Positions 9,533-18,351 of a DNA stretch of 64,000 bases are shown one piece after another. The stretch's first letter is position 1, and every line of letters starts with the position of its first letter. Position numbers and translations under genes: made by a program. Origin of the DNA: a virus; IMG/VR virus record IMGVR_UViG_3300033153_006968, positions 1-64,000 of that record; one strand, given 5' to 3'. The notes under the pieces are model-generated. The model did no database searches. It had not been told where the DNA came from and saw only the letters and a program-made list of their open reading frames with translations.

Positions 9533-10099
9533 TTAAAAATCTATTTTGTTTTCCTTTAATATTGTTTTCAATTTTCTAACTTCGTGTTCTAAATTTTTTA
9601 TTTGTTCTTTATAATGAAGCCAAGAACTATGCTCTTTTTTGGGCAAAGCTTGAAGATTCCCTATCTGGTTATCACTTTTAAGGCCATTAATATGATGGAC
9701 TATCCAATCTTTTCTCAAAAATCCATTTTTAAGAGCGGGAGAATCAGAGAACTTTTGATTTAAATATTGCTCCATTATAAATCGATGTTCCGGTATGTAA
9801 CCGTTTATGTCTGAATTCGGATGTTCTGATTTAAGTATATATGTATACCCATTATGTTTATAGCGTCCACCATTCCACCCATGGTGTTTATCTCCGGAAT
9901 ACTTAGCTCTAGATCTCTGTGTTTGCATCCCGCGCCCTCTCAGCTTTATCCCTCTTTTTAAAAGATGATATCTAATAGTTTCGTAAGTACAACCAAGATA
10001 AACGGCAATATCTTTAAGGCTATATTCCTCTTTGTACAATTTGTCCATTTCGAACAATTGTTCTTCCGTCCAATTATAGCGTTTTGACGTATTGCCCAT
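9533..10099 (-). mobile_element. Free-standing HNH homing endonuclease with N-terminal HTH
   Basis: SLKDIAVYLGCTYETIRYHL HTH; WNGG; YIPEHRFIME...VHHINGLKSDNQIGNL HNH motif; AT-richer than flanks. Confidence 0.88.
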
Positions 10100-10102
10100 A
10101 TC

Positions 10103-10834
10103 TTATTTACTCGCCCAACCACTCGATCCAGCGCCTGTTTCTTTAATATATAGAGTAGAACCTACACCGCCATCGGTGTCAACATACATACTTCCTACTG
10201 GAGCAGTAACTACACTTTCTGGAGTTCCTGTTCCTTTTACAATCTGAACAGAGGACGACAGAGTAGCATCTACTCCGCCTATACCAATAGGTCCAGTCAT
10301 CAATCCTCCAGAGAGAGGAAGGTAAGATGTTCCTGTGAGAAAACTATCTACATCAGTTGCTATCTCTATAAGGGCAGCTTGTACAGTATTAGATTCGTCG
10401 GATAAACCAGGTACAGTATCTGTTTGTACAGAAATACTCGCTGCAGAGAAAGCAACACCAGCTATACTCCCTGATAGAGTGGCGTTAATACCGTCTACGT
10501 AGGTGTATAGTTCCTGAAGCTGTTCAAAGATTGTATATGGACGAGCATTAATAGAATCATAATATGTTGGATTGCTAATGGCTGTAGCGTCAGCGTTAGC
10601 GTAAAGATTATCTCCATCTAAGCCGTTAGTGAAAGCATCTACACTGGTATCATCTGTACCGTCTGGTACGGTTAATAGCAGGGGATAAAGATAGTTATTC
10701 CACTCATTATATAGTGACGTGAAGTCATTACTAATTTCCTCAAAAGAATCATTCCACTTCAAAGAAGAAGTAGGACCTCTTTTTGTCGCGCGGCGAACAA
10801 TAAAACTAATATTCAGTTGGCCTAATCGTGCCAT
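10103..10834 (-). CDS. Virion fibre/structural protein
   Basis: N-terminal RGPTSSLKWNDSF module; C-terminal GTPESVVTAPVGSMYVDTDGGVGSTLYIKETG..GW motif common at phage fibre ends. Confidence 0.7.
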   Translation of the reverse strand: MARLGQLNISFIVRRATKRGPTSSLKWNDSFEEISNDFTSLYNEWNNYLYPLLLTVPDGTDDTSVDAFTNGLDGDNLYANADATAISNPTYYDSINARPYTIFEQLQELYTYVDGINATLSGSIAGVAFSAASISVQTDTVPGLSDESNTVQAALIEIATDVDSFLTGTSYLPLSGGLMTGPIGIGGVDATLSSSVQIVKGTGTPESVVTAPVGSMYVDTDGGVGSTLYIKETGAGSSGWASK

Positions 10835-10875
10835 GGTTAACCCTCTCTATAATAATACGTTATTTCTGCCTTTTC

Positions 10876-13140
10876 TCAATCCCCGAACTTCAATCTATAG
10901 CTATTTAAGGCTGGACCAATAGTTGTACCTTCTGTAGATAGAGTAGCCTTGAGCCTAAAGTATGTGTATCTTTGACTTATGAGATTAAAACGAATAAGAA
11001 ATTTTTCATTGACTGCATCAGTCTTTACACCGTCTACCTTTACTACGAATACTAGAGTAGAACTATTACCATCTGTATGTGTAGTTGGAGCGTCTCTGTC
11101 TAGAGAGTAATAAGAATATCCATCAACAGAAATATTGCCTACAAGATCAAAAATACTAATCTTCTTCATTCTTCGCTCGAAAAAATTATCCGCGCCGAGA
11201 TAAACTCTTTCTTGGTCGGCGGGGTAATTCTCTCCATAGTCATATCCTTCAATTAATAGCTTGTGGTTATACGGATATAAAGGATCGGCAATTACAAGAC
11301 CACTAGTGCCAGTCAGAGTATTGAGTTCAGGAGTAACATGCTTCCAGTTCTTCTTATGTACTTTGATCTCATGAAGTCCATTGAACGAAGATGTCTTGCC
11401 TTTCAAGACTCCCTTATCTACATTATGATCATATTCAACTCCGTCTATGATTATGTAGTTGTCGCCAACGTCAATAGAGATACCGTTTGAATCTAATATC
11501 TCTACAACAGTTATATAATAGGGCTCTTCATATCTCCATCCTCTCTGAATGCTTCGAACAGAATTTTCTGCAGTGAGACCTCTTTCTCCCACATTTCTGA
11601 AGATTGTGATTCTGTCTTCGTCTATTTCAAGTGCCGTTCCAGTCCCGCTACCAGTATAGGTAGAGTCTTTAATCTGATAGTCTAATATTCTTTCATTAGA
11701 ATTGTTGAATACGTACCTACGTGCCGTAGCGTCAACACTCTCGCTGAGAACACTGTCGTCAGTATCTTGAGATAAAAGAGTAAACGTCTGAGCAGGATTC
11801 CTAAAAGTAGAAGAAGTCCCAAGATAGGACACTCCCACACTAGCTAATTCAACTTCAGTCAAATCTCCCAAATCTATAACGCTAGGATATTTAGGACTTG
11901 CTTCGCTTGCAGGGGAAATAGGTTGCCAGACCGTATCGCTATCTACGGCGATAGGAGTGTCATCACCGGCGGTAATGGAATAATTTATAGACGTAACCGG
12001 ATCGTTATTACTATCGGTCGCAAACAATTCGCAAGTTTCAAGAGCGACCTTTGAAAAATCTTTAGGTTCTTCGTTCGTGTCGAGTATAGAAAGGGTCTCA
12101 GAAACAAAGTCCTGAGATGTATTTGCTGTGAATATCTCGCTATAAAAAGATATTTCTTTAAATCCAAATTCGTAAAGAGACGTACCGTCATCGGCAGTAG
12201 AGTCAGCTCCTTCTTTTATCAGAACAAATTTTATATATTTAGCGTTAACAGCTTCAAAGTCAAAGCTAGCCTTAGAGCTAACCTTCTGAGTGTAAGACGA
12301 AGTATAGCTACTGGCGGTATCAGATAGCTGGCGAAAACTGTAATTATCAACAGAATACAAAGGGGTAATTGTGGTCAGATTGGACTGAGAGGATTCGTGA
12401 AGTTCTAAGTATATACCGTTGATAGAAACTGGTTCTTCGCCCAGTCTAACAAAAAGCTCACACACAACAGCTTTGTTATCCTTCATGCTAATTCTAGTCC
12501 ACCAGTTTCTTGATTCCTGGTGGAAAATCTTTGTCAAATCTCCTTCTACAGAATCCTGACGACCTATATATCCAATGGAAGATTTAATCTTGAAAGAAAC
12601 ATCTCTGCTTTCTAACTCGTTTAAAAATACCCTTGGATTATTGGTAATGCCATTAAGAGATATCCTTTGGCTCGATAGATCGTATGCTGCAGTTGTCAAA
12701 GTCGAATCTACATTCGCCGCGTCAGAAAAATTCTCAAAAAAGAAGGAATGGAATCCTTCAGTATCCTGAGCGAGTAACAATTTGCTCGCAACAGAATTTT
12801 CTAATACGCTCAGTCTCTTCTCTAATATATCCGCTTCTGTCTGCCATCTTCCAAAATCTTCTATTGAAGTCTTGGAAAGATTGAACATTTCTTTATACAG
12901 AACTCTTAAATCTTGCCGGATAGTATTGAAGGTGTTATTAAATTTCGCGGCGGAAGAAAAATCTCTCTCCGCGATTTCATAATCAGAAAAGGAGAACTGA
13001 GGAACAGACAGATCTAACGTATTTAGATTTTCAGTAATATAATTTTGTATATCTTTAAAAGAAGTATAGGTATCAAGTTTTATCTTGTCGTTAACAAGGG
13101 CTTCAAATAGTAATTTTCTATACGTACTGCTAATGGTCAT
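10876..13140 (-). CDS. Large baseplate-periphery/structural protein (paralogue family A)
   Basis: Helical N-module KFNNTFNTIRQDLRVLYKE, beta-sandwich core, C-terminal PALNSYRLKF. Confidence 0.6.
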   Translation of the reverse strand: MTISSTYRKLLFEALVNDKIKLDTYTSFKDIQNYITENLNTLDLSVPQFSFSDYEIAERDFSSAAKFNNTFNTIRQDLRVLYKEMFNLSKTSIEDFGRWQTEADILEKRLSVLENSVASKLLLAQDTEGFHSFFFENFSDAANVDSTLTTAAYDLSSQRISLNGITNNPRVFLNELESRDVSFKIKSSIGYIGRQDSVEGDLTKIFHQESRNWWTRISMKDNKAVVCELFVRLGEEPVSINGIYLELHESSQSNLTTITPLYSVDNYSFRQLSDTASSYTSSYTQKVSSKASFDFEAVNAKYIKFVLIKEGADSTADDGTSLYEFGFKEISFYSEIFTANTSQDFVSETLSILDTNEEPKDFSKVALETCELFATDSNNDPVTSINYSITAGDDTPIAVDSDTVWQPISPASEASPKYPSVIDLGDLTEVELASVGVSYLGTSSTFRNPAQTFTLLSQDTDDSVLSESVDATARRYVFNNSNERILDYQIKDSTYTGSGTGTALEIDEDRITIFRNVGERGLTAENSVRSIQRGWRYEEPYYITVVEILDSNGISIDVGDNYIIIDGVEYDHNVDKGVLKGKTSSFNGLHEIKVHKKNWKHVTPELNTLTGTSGLVIADPLYPYNHKLLIEGYDYGENYPADQERVYLGADNFFERRMKKISIFDLVGNISVDGYSYYSLDRDAPTTHTDGNSSTLVFVVKVDGVKTDAVNEKFLIRFNLISQRYTYFRLKATLSTEGTTIGPALNSYRLKFGD

Positions 13141-14912
13141 TAGATCAGATTCCCTTTTGTTATTACCTTCAACATATAATCTTTAAGAACGGGCGTAAAG
13201 TAATCTTTCAATTCGGAAAGATCTCTAGTTACGCCCTCTATATAGTCGTAACTAATCTGATAGTTTGCGCTATCTATACCCGGCAATAAGCTTTTACTAA
13301 GTATTTCTTTGTCGCTAATCGTGACGATGTCATTTTTTACCGTGAAAAAATCACTCTCTACCTTGCGAGCTATTTCGTATTTAATCTTATAGTTTGTATA
13401 TTCGTAATCTACAGATATACTCCAGTCACTATTCATTGCTCGCTGTGTATGGATCTCTCCCTTCGCATAGTCTACAGAATATAGCCCGTCACTACCATAG
13501 TCTGGATTTGAAACATAGTAATTAATTGTTTGGGCCGGCTTAAGATTTCTACGAGTTACATTAGGTATCCCGATAAAGCTATAGCTTAGTTCAAAAGAAC
13601 TAGTTCCCAACTTTGCATATACTTTACGATAGTCAAGGGCATTAGGATTTCTACTAACGTAATAATTCCCAACGGCCAGATAGACATCAGAGAAAGAATT
13701 AACTTCGTTTGCAAAAGTTTCAGAAGAGCCAAAAACCACATCATAACCAGAAGAAAGTTCAATGTCTCCATTTAAATCAAAATAGGAGATAAGGCCTGCA
13801 GCATCAAAATGAATCATTTGAGATACATTTTGAACTCTAAGTTCAAATTCTTCTTCTGCTTCAGCTAGTTCGTCTCTTCCGTTTACATAATCGACCTTGA
13901 GGATAAATGGATCAACGCTACTTCCAAGAGGCTCTCCGCTTGAATCCATGCTGTTTATAACCAAGCTGCCCTCAACTACATTAAAGTGTTTCAGCCCAAG
14001 CACTGTCCTGCTATCTGTTGTTGGCAATCTTAAATTAAATTCCTCAAATGTTTCCCAACCGTTCTCTAAAATTTCTATACTATCATTCGCGGAATCTGTA
14101 GTAGTCCATTTCCAATCACTATCAGATATCTCAACTACATCCTCATACTCATAACTGATAGTTTCGGAGTTTGTAGTGTCCGTTGGTTGATTTAGATATA
14201 TAGTGCCATTTTCAGTATCTATAGACCAGTCATATATGTTAGAAAATTCGTCTTTCCCATTAACAAATGTCTGCTTATTTGAGACTCCAAACTCTGCTTC
14301 TATGCTAGAGGTGTCTGTAATATTCTCATACTCTAAATCCATAACGACGACATGTTCAGGAATTATTTCTATCCATCTCTTAGCGGGGTAATGCTTTTCG
14401 ATTATTACAGAACCTTCACTTACGTTGGGAGTAGAATTCAATTTAGCTATATGATTATTTTCTTCCGTCGAAGGGAAAAGAAGTTCTGATTCAAAATATA
14501 TACTAATGTCACAACCTTCAGGCGGAGCCATAGTGTCATAGCTATGCCCAAATTCAAGAACTCTGTCAACTAAGTTCAGCCAAAAAACACGGAATTCAGA
14601 ATCTGTACTATTGGCCGCTGCGTTGTCTCCAGTATAATAACTAATAGGATTTGAAGCTGCAGTCCATTCTTCGCCCGCGACAAAAATATGTATCCATTCA
14701 GATAGAGAAATCTGTTCATCTACGCTATACGAAATAGGATCGTTACTATCTGCAATTTTCTCCATCGGACTTTTCATAACGTCAAAATCTAATTGAAATC
14801 TTGAAGAATCATTGCTCGGAAATGTATATTGAGAATCTTTAAGGCCAGCACTTCCTAGTAACGGAGAGACAATACTGACTGTATCTTCTACTGGTCCAAT
14901 ACTACAGAACCG
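13140..14912 (-). CDS. C-terminal part of a frameshifted structural gene (family A); frame open from 14912, ORF-track ATG at 14777
   Basis: Frame continues upstream of 14777 without stops (…GPVEDTVSIVSPLLGSAG…); ends TPVLKDYMLKV like its paralogues; no clear RBS at 14777. Confidence 0.6.
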   Translation of the reverse strand, partial: RFCSIGPVEDTVSIVSPLLGSAGLKDSQYTFPSNDSSRFQLDFDVMKSPMEKIADSNDPISYSVDEQISLSEWIHIFVAGEEWTAASNPISYYTGDNAAANSTDSEFRVFWLNLVDRVLEFGHSYDTMAPPEGCDISIYFESELLFPSTEENNHIAKLNSTPNVSEGSVIIEKHYPAKRWIEIIPEHVVVMDLEYENITDTSSIEAEFGVSNKQTFVNGKDEFSNIYDWSIDTENGTIYLNQPTDTTNSETISYEYEDVVEISDSDWKWTTTDSANDSIEILENGWETFEEFNLRLPTTDSRTVLGLKHFNVVEGSLVINSMDSSGEPLGSSVDPFILKVDYVNGRDELAEAEEEFELRVQNVSQMIHFDAAGLISYFDLNGDIELSSGYDVVFGSSETFANEVNSFSDVYLAVGNYYVSRNPNALDYRKVYAKLGTSSFELSYSFIGIPNVTRRNLKPAQTINYYVSNPDYGSDGLYSVDYAKGEIHTQRAMNSDWSISVDYEYTNYKIKYEIARKVESDFFTVKNDIVTISDKEILSKSLLPGIDSANYQISYDYIEGVTRDLSELKDYFTPVLKDYMLKVITKGNLI

Positions 14913-16318
14913 TCATCGAACACATCGTCGTTTCTTTTAAATACACCTTTTATTCTGACATCCGTAACTGGAACTGGAGTCTCAATCGCATTAACTCCTG
15001 TATTGTTAAAGTTAATAATCTCAGGGATCTCAGATTCAACACCAGATATGCCTGTAAATTTTTTAGTCTGAATCGCGTTCCAGCTTTGTCCATTATCTGG
15101 AGATATAAAATAATCAATAGAAGTAAGGATAGAAGGAGATGCTGGATTCTGATTGGTGTCAAGAATCATCTTTTTAATTTCATCAGTCATAGAGAATGTA
15201 GTAGAAATGAACTCTCCCTCATTCTTGAAACCCAGTCTATAAATACCTATGTCTCGTATACCTATTGTGTATCTATTCATGTCCATATCTAGATATGATA
15301 TTCGCTGACGAAATACAAAGCTAACATATTTAACTTTCCGTGGAGTAAACGTATATAGTCCTTGACCTGCATAGTCAGAAGTAGAAGGGGCAAGACTAAA
15401 AATATTTGCCTCGTCTTCTGTATTAAATCCGGCAATGGGGATATCGTCTTTGATACTGGTATATTCGTCGCCATCAGGAGAAGTCTTAATGTCGTCAATC
15501 TCGATAACTCCGCTTCCTCCAAGATTATAGGGATTAACAACGATATGGTTGATAACTTTTGGTTCACCAAGATTAATGGTCATGTCTAACACAAGCGGAT
15601 TTTGACTGTCGAAATAAGGAGGCACAGTTCCACTGTATTCAAACCATGTATCTGCATTGTTATCCACAAGCTTACTAATGTCTGTCTTAATAATGCTTGT
15701 CCAATAATCTGCCGCGTTTAAAGACTCGTTAATAATTACTTTTTCTTGTATATTTATTAGCTCAGTTGTATCGCTATCTATCGGGAGAGTTATAATTCCT
15801 TCTTCCTGATTGACGTGGCACTGTTCGCTGTTTAGCAATGCAGAGCCAATGTCTATTTTAGATAGACTGTTAAAAGAATCCTTAAAGAAGAAAACGTCCT
15901 TTGTAGGATTAACTGCATAAAGAAGATAATCCCCCACGTCCGAAGAAACTTTCTTAATTCGTGCGTTAATTCTATTAGCTTCAATAGCTGCATAGTTAAA
16001 ATTAGATAAAGTAAGCTTCTCTATATTCTCAAGCTCTTTAAATACGACAATAAGATCGTCAAGAATTCGGTTAAAGGCGTTGTTATAGAAATCCTTCTCT
16101 GGCAATACTCCTGCTTTCAATTCTTCAAAGTCAAAAACAGGCTCTGTCAAATCTTTATAGAAGGTATTTAGAACCTTGATAGATTCACCAATCAATTGTT
16201 CTTGGGTATTAAAGTCTCCAGATTCTACACTTTGATTAAGTGTCTCAGATAACCTATCTAGCTTAGACTTTAGAAGTATACTTCTGTCGGCTATTAAGTA
16301 TTTATTGCCAGCAGACAT
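14888..16318 (-). CDS. N-terminal part of a frameshifted structural gene (family A)
   Basis: FYNNAFNRILDDLIVVFKEL N-module and discoidin-like LVDNNADTWFE segment; lacks the family C-terminal motif. Confidence 0.65.
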   Translation of the reverse strand: MSAGNKYLIADRSILLKSKLDRLSETLNQSVESGDFNTQEQLIGESIKVLNTFYKDLTEPVFDFEELKAGVLPEKDFYNNAFNRILDDLIVVFKELENIEKLTLSNFNYAAIEANRINARIKKVSSDVGDYLLYAVNPTKDVFFFKDSFNSLSKIDIGSALLNSEQCHVNQEEGIITLPIDSDTTELINIQEKVIINESLNAADYWTSIIKTDISKLVDNNADTWFEYSGTVPPYFDSQNPLVLDMTINLGEPKVINHIVVNPYNLGGSGVIEIDDIKTSPDGDEYTSIKDDIPIAGFNTEDEANIFSLAPSTSDYAGQGLYTFTPRKVKYVSFVFRQRISYLDMDMNRYTIGIRDIGIYRLGFKNEGEFISTTFSMTDEIKKMILDTNQNPASPSILTSIDYFISPDNGQSWNAIQTKKFTGISGVESEIPEIINFNNTGVNAIETPVPVTDVRIKGVFKRNDDVFDDGSVVLDQ

Positions 16319-18351
16319 TAAATTTCCTCAAACCTTGAACTATTTTTCTCTCCAATCACAAGTCTATATTCTTCCACGGCGGAAGATAAGGCATTTCTTG
16401 AACTGTTATTACGTATAATAACACATAAACCAATATCAGATCTAACTGCATCAGATTCTGTAACAGCTTTATCTATGGCAACAATATGCGATGAAAGAGT
16501 TCTAATAGATGTGTCTCCCTTTAAATCAACAACATCTATACCAGAACCCGTATATGCAGATAAAGAAACTGGAACACTTCTGGTAGTCGAAGTCATTGGA
16601 GTGTAAGTAACCGTATATATATCTCCAACATATGGGTTTTCTATTCGTATATTAAACTTCATCGGATCTCCATTGCCTGGAGTTTTTTCGGTTGACGTGG
16701 TAATATCTGTCCAGTCTGTATCCGCTAATAGATAACCATTCCTGTGAACCTTAACAGTTCCGACTGTCTCGTCTGTAAAAAACATTGTAGAACCAACGTC
16801 GTTTATTCTTTGCCCGCCAGAAGATTTTTTTGTTAGAAGTAGTCGCTCATGATGTAGTCTAGTGGTGTTCAAAGGCAATATGGGAAATCTTGTAATTTGT
16901 ACTACTTGTTCGTTAACGTTTATATCTCTTTTGATTACCCAATATTCAATACTTGAAAAGAAGAAATTGCCATCACTCGTATCGTATGTCGTAGAAGTGC
17001 TAGACGAACTAGTGTTAACGCTTGAAGCAACAGGCCTTGTCTCAGACACAGTTAGTCCTACCTGTCCAATCTGTTCAATATTTTTAAAGGGACTAATATA
17101 TATACTCTTACTTGCATAAGAAGAAAGTCCGATCCTCACATTGTCTAACCCTATGGTAAATTCATATCCAGAGAACGTATCCTTAGAGCTGTCAAAAATA
17201 CCGATAACATCTTTTACTTGCACGGAGGTCAAAATATTCTTTAGGTCTTCCATCATGCTTCGCAATTCGGGAGCAAATGTTTCTGGAGGTTGCATATATG
17301 TTTGATCAAATAAAGAATTATCCGCCGAATTATATTCAAATTCAATCCAGTCGGGGTTATCATTTCTAAATGTGAGTATCACTTTGTTGGTCCCTGTCTT
17401 CTCGAACATTAAAGCAACAGGCGTTAATAAAGACTGTTCGGGATCTAGAAGTGTCGTAACAGAATTATTTCCATCCACATACTCTACACTCTCAAGAACA
17501 ACTCCATGAAGAGAAATAGGCTCTATCTCTATGAAGTTTATATCTACAGTACCAGGTAACTCAAATTCTAATTTCGTTTTTACGTATGGCTTTATAGAGC
17601 TGAAAAGAGATGTTTGAACCCAGTAAGTCCCACCTTCACCGTCTATTATATTTTCGATTTTAACGCTAGGAGGATCTACAATCAACTCACTTCTCGGCGC
17701 TTCTGAATCGAATATCTGTCTCACCTTTTTGATATCATATTCAATTTTAGTATTTGTTAGAGTTAATCTTTCTCCAATCAAGTCAATACTAGCATCTTCG
17801 TCATTAGTCTCAAAAAAGACTCCAGTCCTCGGATCAGAGAAAACAATCGAAGACATCGTTCCGGTTTGCGCATTAGATCTCGTAGTCCTATTTTCTCCAA
17901 CTTCTCTAAAGGTAGAAAAGATAGAAACACCAAAACCGTCAGAGCTGTTATCCATAAACTCATACATGCCAGACTTGGCCTCTAGCTCTGCAATAGCTTG
18001 TCTCATCTTCTTAAAGACGACATCTCTAATAACTGCCTGATGTGACTTCTGCACTTCGTTAATATTTGTAGCCTCTTCGAATCCCGCAATCAAGTCATCC
18101 TCTATACGTTCGAGCATAAAATTGTAGGTTCCAGAATCAATCGTCTCGTCCGATTTCGCTTCAAATAGTTTCAAGGTAGGAGTAAGTTCAGTTTGGGTCA
18201 GTTCTCTTATAAGGGTATCTAGTTGTTCTACGAATTCTTGAACAGTCCGTATTTCTCCAGCCTGCTTCTTCTTATTTAAAAGCTTCAGGACTTGATCTGC
18301 CTGACGTTTGTCGATTATTCTATTAAACTTTTCTAGATATTTAGTTGCCAT
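16318..18351 (-). CDS. Large structural protein (paralogue family A)
   Basis: YNFMLERIEDDLIAGFEE N-module; IENIIDGEGGTYW; C-terminal SAVEEYRLVI. Confidence 0.6.
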   Translation of the reverse strand: MATKYLEKFNRIIDKRQADQVLKLLNKKKQAGEIRTVQEFVEQLDTLIRELTQTELTPTLKLFEAKSDETIDSGTYNFMLERIEDDLIAGFEEATNINEVQKSHQAVIRDVVFKKMRQAIAELEAKSGMYEFMDNSSDGFGVSIFSTFREVGENRTTRSNAQTGTMSSIVFSDPRTGVFFETNDEDASIDLIGERLTLTNTKIEYDIKKVRQIFDSEAPRSELIVDPPSVKIENIIDGEGGTYWVQTSLFSSIKPYVKTKLEFELPGTVDINFIEIEPISLHGVVLESVEYVDGNNSVTTLLDPEQSLLTPVALMFEKTGTNKVILTFRNDNPDWIEFEYNSADNSLFDQTYMQPPETFAPELRSMMEDLKNILTSVQVKDVIGIFDSSKDTFSGYEFTIGLDNVRIGLSSYASKSIYISPFKNIEQIGQVGLTVSETRPVASSVNTSSSSTSTTYDTSDGNFFFSSIEYWVIKRDINVNEQVVQITRFPILPLNTTRLHHERLLLTKKSSGGQRINDVGSTMFFTDETVGTVKVHRNGYLLADTDWTDITTSTEKTPGNGDPMKFNIRIENPYVGDIYTVTYTPMTSTTRSVPVSLSAYTGSGIDVVDLKGDTSIRTLSSHIVAIDKAVTESDAVRSDIGLCVIIRNNSSRNALSSAVEEYRLVIGEKNSSRFEEI

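Noticed and set aside
9533-10099. HNH as part of a group I intron
   Set aside because: Only 3 nt separate it from the upstream stop and the downstream remnant begins immediately, leaving no room for a ribozyme core
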